A stretch of DNA of 64,000 nucleotides, taken from NCBI RefSeq assembly GCF_018977255.1, contig NW_024704742.1, positions 10,356,001 through 10,420,000 of the forward strand, read 5' to 3'. This DNA comes from Callorhinchus milii. Its lineage: Eukaryota. The translations under genes and the position numbers were made by a program. The notes beneath the pieces were generated by a model that saw only the letters and a program-made list of their open reading frames with translations, was not told where the DNA came from and searched no databases. How positions within the stretch are numbered: the stretch's first letter is position 1; each line of letters begins with the position of its first letter. Below, piece by piece: positions 23,813-38,403 of this stretch.

Positions 23813-24369
23813 CACTCGCCTCGCAAGCGAGAAGACCTGGGTTTGATTCCCGGTTATGGGCGAAACACTGGGCAAGTTTCCTTACATTCCCACAAACAAA
23901 AACCCGCTGAGAATCAACCTGCAACGAAGAAGGGCCGCCAGCAGCTTCAATCATTCAGCTGTGAACATCACCGGTGAATTTGTGCCAGTGATCGGAAGGA
24001 AAGCTGGCTGGTAAAGCTGACAATCCAGCAACACCCTGCTGTTACAAAGAAATCCATCAAACAACAATATTTGTGTTTTTTAGGGTGAAGCAACAACTTA
24101 AAGTCAACTCACTTTCTCAGCCATGCATCAAATTATAATCAATATACTGTTCAACTTTACCTGAAAAATCAGTTTGGGTTTTACTTTCATTATTTTCACA
24201 AAAATTATTCATGAGGTAAAAGGAAATAGGAAAAGGAATATTTTTTTCATTTGATATAAAGCCCTATAACATCAAATCACCTTAAAGGTCTTCAATTGAT
24301 GGCTATCCAGGGGAAAAACTATATGTTTTTATTAATAATAATAATCCTTGCATTTGATTATTAGAAGAT

Positions 24370-24732
24370 CTGCGACCTCCTATAACACTCTACCATCCTG
24401 CACACTCCCTCCGCTCAGCGGGCTCCGGCCTGCTTCATGTCCCCCAGCTTGCCCACCCCACCATTGGTGGGTGGGCCTTCTGCCACACTGCTCCCACCCT
24501 CTGGAACTCCATCCCACAGTCCCTCCGCCTCGCTCCCTCCCTCGCCTCCTTCAAGACCCATCTCAAGACGCTCCTCTTTGACCGTGATTTACATTTCCCT
24601 GCTTCCCCCCCTGCACTCCACCTCCCCAATCCCAACCCCCAGCTCTGGTCCGAAACTCTGACTGTCCAGTGTCTTGGGATGTCCTCCCAACGTGAAAGGT
24701 GCTATACAAATGTAATTTTGTTGTTGTTGTTG
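24370..24732 (+). mobile_element. L2 3' end inserted into a SINE tail
   Basis: L2 3' coding/UTR sequence and (TTG)n tail; host tail reads TTGCATTTGAT|...|TTGATATAGCG. Confidence 0.85.
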
Positions 24733-25023
24733 ATATAGCGTTTTTCTCATCAGGAGAATGTCTCATAGAAAAACACAACAACCAATTTGCACACAGCAAT
24801 GTCCCACAAACAACCATGAAGTGTATAACCAATTTTATTTGGGGGATAGTCAGCCAGGACATCAAGAAAACTACCCTACTCTTTTTGAATAGTGTTTGGG
24901 ATCGTTAAAATCACTTGAATGAGTAGGCAAAGTTGTCAACTAAGTTCCCCACAAACAGCTAGGAAGTGACCTGTCAATTTATCTGAAGGACAACACTAAA
25001 ATAAACAGCATATCCCATCAAGA

Positions 25024-25880
<857 letters not shown>

Positions 25881-27759
25881 TATATATATTATATCAAGCA
25901 ACACTCCATTTGGTTCTTGACGACTCCCTTCCCTAAAACAACATTGTTCCAACTAATTGTTCCTGTAGAAAAGCCATCAAATTTAGAGCATCCTCCACGA
26001 ACAGGTAAGACATTCCAGTAATCACAAGATTAAACTCACAAACTTAATGTGCCACCTTCTTCCCCAGAATGAGTTGCCAGCATGACCCACAGCCCTTTTC
26101 TTTCCTAGGCTGACTGCAGCATGGGTGAAACTGGAAAGATTAGGCAGGACACCAAAAGCACAAAGTAAAGGGGAAGAACTGCAGCAGTAAGAAGAAAAAG
26201 AAATCAACAACACATCAAAAATAAAGAGCTAAGTGAAGACCAGAGAAAGAAGGAACAAAAAGCCCAAGTTACAGAATCAAAACAAAAGTCAAATAAAAAA
26301 ACCTTGAAACTCTTGAGCCATTCAAAGAATCTTCCACCATGGTGCGAACACACAATACCCTCTTAAATGAATTCCTGCTGAATTCTTTGCATGGAAACGT
26401 TTTTTAAAAGCCTTTGCAAATTTTCTTATTTAAAAAACAAGAGCCTATCTGACAAAGGAGGTCACCTTCTATCATTTTCTAAGAGAAATTCAAGTCAATA
26501 ATCCATCGGACTCGAATGTAATTTAACACTGATCGATGGTGACGTGATTGCACTGCCCTTGAACGAAACCTGCTCATTACCTTATTGTCCTTTGATGCGC
26601 ACCTGTTTGAAACCTCATACTGCAGTGTGTCCCAGAGCTATGTTGAAGCCAGAGAACTGCAGGAGAACTGAATGTAAATTTTACGTGAGGCATAATCTTC
26701 ATCGATTTGTCTGCTCCAACGTTAGGTGTAACTTGTTGAAGCTGAGGAGGTGGGGGGAGAATACTCAAGGAGCTGGTAATAAGCTAGAAGCTGAGTGATG
26801 GGCTCTCCAGCCAGAGGTCGCTCATTTAAAAAAAATAAAAGGACAAGTCATTGGTTTGAAGGATTGGGATAAGAATGAGGAGAGATACCCAGAGACCAAT
26901 TGTAATAGTCCCAGTAATTATACAATGAATGGGTTTTATAACAACACAGAAATTTAAAAGGACAGATGAAGGCCATTCGTTTGGCCCACAAAATCAAACA
27001 GTCAATTCTTTTTACAGTGTATTCTATTAAATGCTTTGAGACGTCTCAAAGACGTGATAAGGCACTATATCAAATGCAAGGATTATTATTAATATTATTA
27101 CTTACTGTACCAAGCTGAATCTTTTCTGCAGTTTTTGACATGTGCCTTTGTTTAGGGTTACATTAACCTACTGTGCAACCTCAAACCAAAATTTGCATCC
27201 TCACCCATCAGTGTGCAGCTTTGAATGGTCAGCTTTGAATATTGCAGGTCTCCTGATTATATCATCTTTCACATTAGAGGTACAACAAATACCATAAATC
27301 TAGTGTGTCTGCTTCTTGTGCATTGTTGACATTGTGCCAACCAGCTCCACCATTTCCATTTTTCCCACAAGACGACTGGTACAGGAGAAATGTTTCATTA
27401 ATAACTTGTTTAGTTAATGGAGTGGAATGATGACATCTGTGTGATGTATACGTTCTTAGACTTGCAGTGTTAATGTACAGTGTTATGCTGAACTGTTACT
27501 GCAGCAGAACAATCTGTTCTGTCACATCCGATGGTGTAAATATAGGCCTCTTCCCAACACAGTCATTAATTATCTCTAGCTGCAGTAGAACACCGTAACT
27601 AACATAACTGGAATGTAGTCCAATGTCTTCACTTCCATAAAATTGCTGAGAATGGTGTTGGTGACTTGAATCGATTTAATAAATCCCACATTTCTTGGTC
27701 TGTAACTTTTTTACCCAGTATCCTTTAAAACTGACTATTCTCCATGGTGATGGGGGCAG

Positions 27760-28350
27760 GATAGCAGGGTACCTTGGAGCTGAGATGATGTGCGCAGTAA
27801 TGGGAATTTCAGAATGATTCAACCCTCTGTAGCTATTGCAGTAGTCTGGTTCCTGAACCAGACAGGGCCATGGCTCACTAGGGCATTGTTGATGACACTT
27901 CAGCCATGACAGGATTCGAGGTCCAGACCAATCACTGGGAGGCAGGGATTCTTCCTGCTTGGCTCCTATTAACCTTGCAAGCCCAAACCCTACTGGGTCG
28001 GGTGGTCCTTGTTTTGCAATAGCAAGTTAATCAATTTAAGATGGTTCCACTCCAGCGGTCTTCCAACAGTACTTCGGAATTAAGAAAGCTAGGTGTGTTC
28101 CTCCAGGGAGAGAGTAATAATCCTTGCATTTGATATAGCGCTTTATTACGTCATTGTGACATCTCCAAGCTCTTCACAGAGTATATTGTAAAGTTACCTG
28201 ACTATATATTTTGTGGGTGAAATGGGAGTACACAGGGAAATTTCCATGTGTAAGTAGCATACATATGTGGAACTCTCAGTCTAGTTTCCAGACTCAATTA
28301 TGATGATAGGTTTCCCCCTGTGTCAGAGTCCCTGCTGATCCCCAAACAAA
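27760..28350 (+). mobile_element. ~600-nt structured retroposon, diverged copy with an inserted SINE tail (~28114-28225, minus)
   Basis: GGGCATTGTTGATGAC..CAGACCAATCACTGGG..TTAACCTTGCAAGCC..GTCAGAGTCCCTGCTGATCCCCAAACAAA. Confidence 0.72.
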
Positions 28351-29024
28351 TCGATTCAAAAGATCTATCTTGTGATTAATATAAGCATTTAGTACTTACA
28401 CAGCTAAAACACATCTTTGATTCCTCTTACTACTCCTAAACATATTCAAACACTCAATTCGGTTGTCCTTGATGGCATGTTGTGTGGCAGAAGCACATTG
28501 CATGTATTAGGATAGTGCAACATAATTTCACTGTCGTGCTCCTACTTCATAACTGAAATTGTGAATATATGTTAACCCATGTAGTCAAAATCATTATTTT
28601 AATTAATGATTAAAAATGCTTATGCTAGCTAGAAAACTGACAAGATGATTTGTTTATTGTAGCTGAGGTAGTTGAAGAGATTTTCTCATAACAAATCCAT
28701 ATTTGTGTTAAAGATATTTTCTATAACAATTCAAGTTTTAGAACACTTCATGTTCTTCTATAACACTAACAATAACAATTCTGCAGGTGTAGTAACAATT
28801 CTGCAGATTATACTTTATTGATATTCTTCTATAACAATAACAATTCTGCTCCTTGCTAATTGCTTCAAGGACATGATAATGGAAAGATTTTGCATTCTCA
28901 ACCTGACTGTAGAAAAAATGATTACAATCGACTAGCTGTACCATTGCAGCTTCACTTGCAACCAAAGGATCCAATATGGAATGTAGATTGACAAACAGAC
29001 AGACAGATCTTTATCTGTACTTAT

Positions 29025-29240
29025 TTGGGAGGACTCCTGTGGGAGGACTCCTTTTGGGAGGACTCAGTGGGAGGACTTGACACTTTAAAAATATAATTTT
29101 GATGTTGTTATCGTGACTTAGCTTTGTCTGTATTCTTTATTTTGTTCCTGCTGCTTGGCTATGTACGTGCTTTGAGACGCCGTCCGGCGTGGAGGGCGCT
29201 ATATAAGTATAGTATAGAAGAAGATAGAATAAGAAGATGT
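29025..29240 (+). mobile_element. 3' end of a distinct L2-like family with 4x TGGGAGGACT(C) tandem at its 5' side
   Basis: TGCTTTGAGACGCCGTCCGGCGTGGAGGGCGCTATATAAGT then (AGA/ATAG) simple tail. Confidence 0.6.
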
Positions 29241-29449
29241 ATGGTTAAACTATACTTTGTTCAGCCTAGGACATAACATATCAGGTGCTCTCCACACAAG
29301 AGCCGATTTTTCATGTGAAGATATGAAGTGGTGAAGGAAATGTGTTGTCTTCGAGGTTAAATTCCGTCAGACTTGGACTAGTCCATTGTTTCATCAACTT
29401 TTGTTGATTCCAGCAATTTCAGGAAGAAAGAAAGCAAGTATAAGTAACA

Positions 29450-30357
29450 GGATGGCTGAAAGCATTTGGAAAGCAACAGGAGGAGAAGAATAACAACGTA
29501 TAATAACTGCAAAATAAAGAACATAGCTCAGCTGTACACCATTGAAGATTCAACTTTGATTTCATACTCAACAAAGCCAAATCAAGAAATTTCTGGTCTG
29601 AAGCAAGAGACTTTTCATCTGCTGCAAGACTTTTGCCTGCTGTTTGTGAATTTACCAACTGACTCTACCAAAGAAGCAAAGATTCGAATGATTTATGGAC
29701 TGACCAACTACTGATTCTATTACTTTGATACGGACATGTGTCTATGTTATTGACCTGGTCTGTTGTATTTGTGATAATTGATCTAACAAACTTTACATTT
29801 CTTATTAAATAGAGAATTTTCAAAGCATGAGTTGCTGAGTATCTTTGGTTCCTCTGTTCCCGAGTTCTCAATTAAAGGAAGGCTATAAAGAATAAGCTGG
29901 TCTTATTCTGCTCATTGCCCTGAACCCAACATCACAAAGAGTCTGGCCACGCAGTTGATTAATTGAGCGCTGGCCGAATCATATATTACAAGTCACTATG
30001 ATATGGATAATGACAAATGTGAGCCATGTCCCCTCTTTCTGCATTAATCACTCTTGGGAACTTAAAGTTGGCTTTCTTTGATCCTGGATGACCGCTTGAA
30101 TAGTCTTTTAAATTCTCCTCATCCACATGCCAAGATCCATATAATTTCTTGCTCAAATATTGAATTTTGACTTAACTTCACACATATTTGAAGTTGTGTC
30201 TTTAAGTTCCCATGCTAAAATTGCCTCTTATACCTGAGGCAGCTTTCTTGGTATCAGTGAGTCTGCTTCAACAATCGATACACCAACTAACTAATGTTTC
30301 CACCTCCTCATTACTAAATTCTTCATTCCTAAACTCATTCTTTAATTTCCCACCCAT
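29450..30357. pseudogene. Possible PIF/Harbinger transposon fossil (Myb/SANT-like ORF on minus, transposase N-terminus-like on plus)
   Basis: Minus from 30357: MGGKLKNEFRNEEFSNEEVETLV..., then after a frameshift AWELK...EVKSKF; plus ~29600: LKQETFHLL; convergent layout; stops and frameshifts present. Confidence 0.3.
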
Positions 30358-32319
30358 TTTCTTTTTGCATACATTAGTGAGTGTTTGCATTAAATCAATT
30401 CATTTATTTGAATATGCTATAGTATTTAATTCTTCCTTCAGATTTGGGTTTGGATTCTGTTTTAAGTGTGCAACCAATTCCTTTCCATACATTTTGTTTG
30501 GGGTGGGGTAGTGGGGGTGGGGTGGAAGACAGCAAATAACCAGATTACGGTTTGGACACACAAAAAGGAAATAAAACTCTAAGCGTAGATTACAAAGTAT
30601 TAAAACTAATAATCTAATGGAATATAGCAATGCGAGTGTCCTCCTGGTTATAATGGTAAGACTGTGAGAAACGTATTATTTAACATGTCACAATGCAATG
30701 ATTAGAAAGGGAATTCAATTGCATGACCTTTGTACATTTGTAAAATTTGCCCAAAACTCGGGAAGGTCTTCATTTTCTTGTCATTTTTCAGCAGGAGGGT
30801 GTGCTCTATCATTGAGATTAAAAGGTTTGTGGCTGCAAAGCGAGAATATGCTGTTAAAGCTCCACATGTACTATCCACTTCAACACTTAAATTCCATGCA
30901 GTGCATGGCAACCCAGTGTGCATGGCAGCAATACCACTAGTGTGATGCAGCTCGAGGGAAGTAGACCGTATCAATGAATATGTTAGCCCTAGGTTTTCAT
31001 TCCAATAAATGTATGCTGCTAATACAGTGGAAGCTAATGCTCGTGAAATATAAATAAGAAACGGGTTGATATTCTATTGCCAGAAGGGCAGGTGGGTAAT
31101 GCAAACTGGATTAGGCAAACTATATACATCCTCTAGAATTTCTGTCATGCATTCCAAGCAGCAGTAATGTGTTTACTCGGTCAATTATTCAGAATCCCAA
31201 AATACAATTAAAAAGTCACCAGAAACACCCACATCAAAGTTACTGCTGCTATTCACTCACTTCAGTACATTCACTGCATCTTGTATCTTAAATTTTAAAT
31301 TTTAAAATTTTAAGATAGAGGAAAATTCTTAAACTCAGTGGTAAATTTAGACATTGTTTTTCTGAAGTTCTTAAAAGACAAGACTTTCCAAATTGTGACT
31401 GAATTTAACAATTTTCCATAGTTCTAACTGATCTTAAACGTTTAACGCAAAATGAGCTTCTGGGTAAGACTAAGTGGATTTTCAGGGCTGGAATTCTTTG
31501 AAAGTCACACCAGTATTATCATTAACTTGCCATCACACAAATCTGTATTGTAAATGTGTTTCCGAGCGCTGTAAACTGCACATAGTTTTACATTGGAATA
31601 TACATTGCCCACTGGGTGATTCCAATATATAAAAAAATAAAACTAGATTACATTCTCTCTCATACTCCTCAATCCATTTATTTCCAAATAGCCATCTAAT
31701 TCCCTCTTGATGTTGCTCACACCCCACCTCCATGAGTAGCCTATTTCACATATTCACTCATCACTGTGTAAAGTAATCAAATCTCTCCACTCACCTCCCC
31801 ATTGTGTAACAGAATTCTCAATTTAAGTACATAATTGAATGTTCTGATGCATCAAACATTCAAAAAAAGGCTACAGTGATGTGAAAACCCAGTAAAATCA
31901 GGTTAGATAATGTCTAAAATCACTTGTTTTTCAAATGTTACTTTAGATTATCATTTTACCTGTCTGAACAGTAGGCTTTCATCAGGTTTACTGACAGTAA
32001 CACTACCTCTTAATCCACATGTACAGCATCTTGCAAAATACAGTTAACATTGTGCCAAATGAGCCTGTGATCAGATTTTATTCTTTTCTGAACTGTCAGA
32101 ATAGAAACCTTGACATTTTCAGTACACCATGCCTGTCCCAATACTACCTGTTTGATTAATCCCATTTTCCAGGTCTTTCCCTCGTCCCTTATAGTGATAT
32201 CCTCCTGACAAGAAATGCGCTATACAAATGTAATTTTGTTTTTGTTATTGTTATTACCCCTCAGGGTATCCAACAAATCCATTCCCCCTTTGAATGATTG
32301 TATTGATTCAACCTGTAGG

Positions 32320-32615
32320 AGTTAGAGCACTCATCTCGCAAGCGAGAGACCTGGGTTCGATTCTCAGTAGAACAAAATGTTGGGCAAGTTTCCTTACTCC
32401 ACATACCTGATAATAATCCCTCAAGAAAAAAACAATAATACAATTGGTCACTTCAATGCACGACTGCTTGTGGGACACTGCCGTGCGCAATTGGCTGCTG
32501 CGTTTCGCCCACAAATATAGTCGATTCATTTTACAGTATATTTTGTGAAGCGCTTTGAGACGTCCAGAAGACATGAAAAGTGCTATATCAAATGCAAGGA
32601 TTATTATTATTATTA
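32320..32615 (+). mobile_element. tRNA-Ala SINE, short subfamily, 5'-truncated
   Basis: GTTAGAGCACTC...(TTA)n. Confidence 0.88.
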
Positions 32616-33534
32616 TAAAGTGCTTCACAGAATATACTGTAAAATGAATTGACTGTATATTTTGTGGGCGAAATAGGGCAACCAATTGTGCACAGAAATT
32701 TATTATTGGTTTCTATTTCCAGGTAGTAGGTTACCATTGTTGTGGGCTGCCAAGGATGTGGTGTAAAATGAGTTCCGATATTGTATAGGGCATGTCTAAC
32801 TGTATGCGTATCATGACACCCTCCACATGGGCACTGCACAACAAATGGCAGAACGATGTTAAAGGACATCTTTTACAAAAATTCCACAGAGGTCATAGGT
32901 CTTTAATCATGATATCCAACCATTACTGAACCTGTCATTTTGTTTCTTAAAAAAAGATTAAAAATAGGATGAGTTTGTTTTAAACCCAGCAGTAGATTTC
33001 AGGTCCCAAATTCTCTCTTTTCCCAGCCGTAAGACAATTTTGGCTTAAGATTCTGAACCACTGTCCAATCAATAAAAAAGCAGCTTTGAAGTTAAGACCG
33101 AATCCAAGAATTTGACAGTGCTGCACATATTACATTTTAAGGGGAAATGTCTAACAGGATACTCGGAATTTGGTGACTTTGATCTTTTATGTGAAGCTGG
33201 TCTTTGTGTTCTATTAGTTACAGTATTTGCTGTTGGACAAGCATCAATGCAGAAGATCATGTAAGAGAGATAGAAGGTCACTGTCAAGATACATTTCCTT
33301 ACTCGGGTGGTCTGGCAGCTCATTGAGCACCGAACACTCCATCAGTAGGGTCTGAGACTCTGGCCAATCTAACTGGCTTACCTCACCTCAAGCCAAGATA
33401 CACTGATTATCATAAAGCTTTGAAGCGAGCCAGCATGTGGGACCAAGACCTTTAATCCAGGGAGAGAGGAATGTAGAGACTGCAGAGTACATTGGAATAT
33501 TCCTCAATACACTCCATTTCTCATTTGAGGAACA

Positions 33535-33705
33535 GAATGATAGATTTGATAGATTTCTGAAGGATAGAGGGATTAAGGGATATGAGGATAGGGAGTCTAA
33601 ATGAAATTAGGTTAGAAGATCAGCCATGATCTTATTAAATGGCGGGGCAGGCTCGAGGGGCCGAATGGCTACTCCTGCTCCTATGTCTTATGGTCTTATG
33701 GTCTA
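33535..33705 (+). mobile_element. CR1 3' end
   Basis: GATCAGCCATGATCT..GGCTCGAGGGGCCGAATGGCTACTCCTGCTCCTATG-TCTTATGG repeats. Confidence 0.8.
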
Positions 33706-33849
33706 ATGCATTTATGAATTCTGCAATTTTGAGTCCAGTACATGCTCAGGACTTTGGAAGGAGTAAATAAAAGTTCAGCGTGGCAGCACTCAGTTCATCT
33801 CCTCAAAGTTGTCTCTTCTGCTGGCAACGTCATTGAGCAACGCAGAGGT

Positions 33850-34415
33850 TCTGAGGTGACATGTTTGGCAAAGGAATGTCAGAATCGAGCCAGCCCTCTG
33901 TGAGGGTCTTGGATGTCCAGTTCATGAGCTAGGCATGTCTGCAGTATTCCAGGGCACTGTTGATTACAGCAAAACCAGCCTGGCTCATCGGCAATGTTAA
34001 ATCATCGGAAGGGCAGATTAATCATTGGGGGCAGTGAGTCATCCCACTCAGCTCCTGTTAACCCTGAAGCCAAAGCCTTAAAGGGTACAGTGGTCCTGAC
34101 TGGACAAGCAGCGGGAAAGCTTGCCAGACAGCGATATCAATGGCAAGTTATGCGGTTTTAGCTGGAGCTGCAGCAGTTACCCCAATGCACACTCTGGGGT
34201 CCTCAAGCCTTGACTCTTGCCACATGCGCCTAATACTTTCCAGAATTAGGTAAACAGGATGTGTCCCTCCAGGGAGAGACTTCACATACCATTCCAACAA
34301 TCTATCTATGGGATTTCCATGTGTAGGTGGGATGCATGGAAATCTCAGCTTGTTTGGGATACTCTTAAGCGTGGTGATGGGTTTCCACGTGTATCAGACA
34401 CCCGCCAGACCAAAT
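33850..34415 (+). mobile_element. ~600-nt structured retroposon, near-complete copy
   Basis: Collinear with 3715-4275. Confidence 0.82.
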
Positions 34416-35989
34416 GTTTTTAAAAACAAACTGTGGAACAGTCAGATGCTCCTTTCTTTCAATGTTATCATCTTTGCAATCTTTGAGAAACATTGTCACT
34501 TATTTTCTGGCTGTGAGCCCATAATTAACAGCATGAGGTTCTGGAAGGAAGGACATCTACTGAAATGTATTTTTGCTAAATATACTTCCTGTGGGGGGGC
34601 AATAAGTGAATTTCTATACTTTTTTTAATAAAAGACACACTGATCATTTAAAATTGTTTTCAGTGTTAACTGTCAGGATGTCACAGTAAACCTGTGGAAC
34701 AGGCGAATATTTAACCTGTGGAACAGGCTCCCTAGGTAGATGGTTAAAGCAGGAAATGTTGATTTTTACAAACACAGATTAGATAGCTTTCTTTTAGGAA
34801 ATAACATTCTGGGATATAGTCCATAGGTAGTTTAGGACATATGTGCCAGGAAGATGGAAGGCAAACTAGATGGATCTTGGTCTTTTTTCGCTTAGCATTT
34901 CTTATGTTCTTATATGTTCTTAAGTCTTCAAATTTCACTGGTTCAGTGAAAATGACAGACGGGACTTCAGCCTAACCAAATTGTATCATCCCAACCCAAC
35001 TTTACAAGGAAACCAGCTTATCCTCCAGGGTTTCATAGAGGATAAGCTTTTCTTATAAAAATCTACAATCTTTGGGCTTATTTTGTTGCTTCTATACTCA
35101 GGCAAGAGGGAATTCAGTGTGACACTATCGCACCATCTCCTTCCACAGCAATTCAAAGGCTGACAATGAAATGCATTCAGGGCTGTATCTGAAAAACACT
35201 TCTCAAACCAAAACAAGTGTCAGCAGTTGCTTAAAATATTCGCCCACAAAATTCATAGTCAATTCACTTTACAATATATTCTGTAAAGCGCTTTGAGATG
35301 TCTTGAAGACGTGATAAGGCCCGATATCAAATGCAAGGATTATTATTATTAAAGTGACACTGCATCAACAACAACAAGCATTTATATAGCGCCCTTCACA
35401 TGGGCAGTGTCTCAGAGCACTTAACAGTGGCGCAGCCAGACATGAAGCTGGGAGGAGGGAGAAGATGACCGTAAACACAGTCAAAGAAGAAGGTCTTCAG
35501 TTTCTACCTTACAACGGTATTGAAAATAACAATGTGTTTTACGTTATGAGGTGATATATAATGTTGCTCATCAAGTTGAAAAACAAAATGTTATCTTTTA
35601 TCAAGTTGTCTCTTTTTAAATTTAATTTCACTGTCAAATAATTCCTCCGCAACTCCTCAGCTCCCTACTTAAAATGGAAACTATCAACTTTGCACTCTGC
35701 ACAAGAAACCATGTGCATTTTGGGATCAAGACAAAATGCTAGTATTTAACTACAGGTATATCATCGTCCGAGGCTGCCGCATTTAACTCATGAAAATGAA
35801 AACAATTTTAACTGATTGTTGGGAGAGGCAGGAAAAAGGTGTGATAGTTTTACATACCAAGGATGTGAAAGGCAACTGGATAATGTGGTGATCATTCAGA
35901 ATGAGAGTCACTGCCCGACCACAAAGCACACTTGTTCAGCCAACCAGCCCCTCCACAAATCTATCCATCAATTTAACAGACATTAATAA

Positions 35990-36380
35990 TAATAGTAACA
36001 ATAATAATCCTTGTATTTGTATTGTATTTGTATTGTATTTGATACCTTATCATGTCTTCGAGACGTCTCAAAGTGCTCCACAGAATAAACTGTAAAGTGA
36101 GTTGACTGTATATTTTGTGGGTGAAACGTGGCAGCCAATTGCACACAACAGTGTCCCACAAACAATCTTAGATTGAAGTGAACAATTTTTTTTTGATGGG
36201 ATTATTACCCTCGGAAAAACGATCTGCCAATCGACTAACAACCGGGTTCCTACTTACTGCTAGGTAAACAGAGGCATGTGGATTAAGGAAAGTTAACCAA
36301 CATTTCACCCTGACGGGAATCGGACCCAGTTCTCTTGCTTGCGAGGTGAGTGCTCTAACCACTGAGCTACAGGACTCCAC
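35990..36380 (-). mobile_element. tRNA-Ala SINE, long subfamily
   Basis: Full head, internal block and tail. Confidence 0.9.
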
Positions 36381-36394
36381 ATCCCATCTCATCT

Positions 36395-36843
36395 ACAACT
36401 GCTCCCTGTGGATAGAGGGAACAGAAACCCGGCAGGGAGACCACGGTGACAAGGGCAGGACTGGTTTGAGTTGTTTAGTATATGTGTATGGTTTTGTGTT
36501 TGCAATGTTTCCGGGTGNTTTTTTGGGTAAACTTGTATGTGTACGGTGCACATCTGTGATCAGCAAGTGCGGCTTGTCAGGGTGTGCGCGGGTGGGACAT
36601 GTATGTAGTTTCCCCACTGTGTCTAAAGGGAGTGTCCCCCAAAAATTGTGTGTGTATCCTGAGTGCTGCACTCCCCATAAAAGGGGAGGGCGAGGTGGGG
36701 GAGGGGTAGAGAGTGGGGTACAAGATCCCAAACTTATAGATACATGTGTTGCCTCTCTTTGTTCCATGATGGGTTTCGATTATTTCTGAGATAAGTGTAA
36801 ATATATATCTACAAATAAATAAATGTATATTTATAAAACAAAA
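36395..36843 (+). mobile_element. 5'-truncated poly(A)-type retro-insertion (L1/Tx1-like 3'UTR or retrocopied mRNA end)
   Basis: Flanked by 9-bp duplication ATCTCATCT (36386-36394 and 36844-36852); ends AATAAATAAATGTATATTTATAAAACAAAA; GT-rich body. Confidence 0.7.
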
Positions 36844-38032
36844 ATCTCATCTGCGTGCTCTGCTCTGGCACTGCCTGGTTGCAACAGAACAATGTGGGCA
36901 GGACAAGTTGTCTTGGCCACAAGTCTGAATGAACAACGTCAACTAAATTAAAAAACTCTTTTTCCAGAACGCTCAGTGAAACTACAGAAGGAAATTCACT
37001 CCTAATATTTTCCTTGAATTTTTGCTGCATTAATCAGGTAAAGACGCAAGCAATAACTATAGCAATCCCCTATAGCACAGTGCTTCACCCAAAAAATATA
37101 CAGTTAATTCATTTCACAGTATATTCTTGAAGACATGATAAGGCTCTGTATCAAATGCAAGGATTATTTATTATTATTATCACCAACACACCTGAACATA
37201 TGGTGGTGGTTGGATTAAGCGGTGGGGGAGGTGGGGGGTGGGGGGAGAATCTGTTATCGGGAATAACTCAATGTGACCCCCACAGGTTTGCCCACAAAAT
37301 ACACAGTCACTCCACTTTACAATATATTCTGTGAAGCACTTTGAGACATCTCAATGACGTGATAAGGCCTTAATTATAATAATAAGAATAATCCTTGCAT
37401 TTGATATAGCGCTATTCAGGTCTTCTAGACATCTCAAAACGCTTCACAGAATATACTGTAAAGTGAATTGACTGCATATTTTGTGGGCGAAACTTATATC
37501 AAGTGCAAGGATTATGATTATTATTATTATAAAATAACTACCAAGTGCATCCCTTTAAGGGAAAGAATGCCACTGCAAATTGAGAAGACCAGCAGTTTGC
37601 CTAAACTGACTTAAAACAGAGGGGGAAGAGCTATCACACAATTGTTTTTTTTTGCCTAAGATCAAGTGCAGTTCTAATTGTTCACAGATGTCAATCCAGC
37701 ACAAAAGATCATGTTGAGATGATGCTGGAAACTTGTGAGGCTGAATTATGATCATATCAGTGCTATCAATACAGCCAAGCCAAGGTGTACTGAGACACCA
37801 GACTAAGGATTGTGTAACCTGTATTTATTTAAAGATAGTAATCCTTGCATTTCATATACAGCCTCACCATGTCTTAGAGATATGACAAAGTGTTTCACAG
37901 GAATTTACAGTCAAGTGTAGTGATTGTAGGTGTTTTTGTGTTATTTGAGGAATTGGAAACATAATGAAGGCTTCACCATCAGAAGTTGGTGTAAAAAATT
38001 ATGTTATACAAAAGCTGTTTGCTTTGGGAAGT

Positions 38033-38403
38033 AATAATAATCCTTGTATTTGATATAGCTCCTTATCACGCCTTTGCGATGTCTGAAAGTGCTTCACAGA
38101 ATATACTGTAAAGTGAATTGACTGTATTTTTTTGTGGGCAAAACGCAGCAGCCAATTATGCACAGCAGTGTCCCACAAACAGTCGTGGATTGAAGTGACC
38201 AATTTACTATTTTTTTTAGAAGGGATTATTACCCCCAAGAAAGGGATCCGCCAATCAACTAACAACCATGTTCCTATTTACTGCTAGATAAACAGAGGCG
38301 TGTGGAGTAAGGAAACTTGCCCAATGTTTCTCCCTGCCGGGAATCGAACCTCGATCTCTTGCTTGCGAGCTAAGTGCTCTAATCACTGAGCTACAGAACT
38401 CCA
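38033..38403 (-). mobile_element. tRNA-Ala SINE, long subfamily
   Basis: Full-length copy. Confidence 0.9.

Noticed and set aside
26110..26186. Plus-strand exon candidate (CCTAG|GCTGAC...CA|GTAAGA)
   Set aside because: Unrecognisable peptide and no other supported plus-strand exons
26581..26741. Minus-strand exon candidate with open frame LQQVTPNVGADK...
   Set aside because: Splice-like signals exist but the peptide is unrecognisable; more likely non-coding unique DNA
28738..28974. HARBI1-like VDCNH...NAKSFH peptide
   Set aside because: Very weak similarity, opposite strand to the other putative transposase piece, and the region contains local tandem duplications
29025..29077. CRISPR-like array of TGGGAGGACTC
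   Set aside because: Only 4 units of ~11 nt with 2-4 nt spacers, in a vertebrate context with no cas genes; simple tandem at a LINE junction
36809..37030. ORF containing LEKEF as in TASOR DUF3715
   Set aside because: Five-residue match only, no matching context or splice donor
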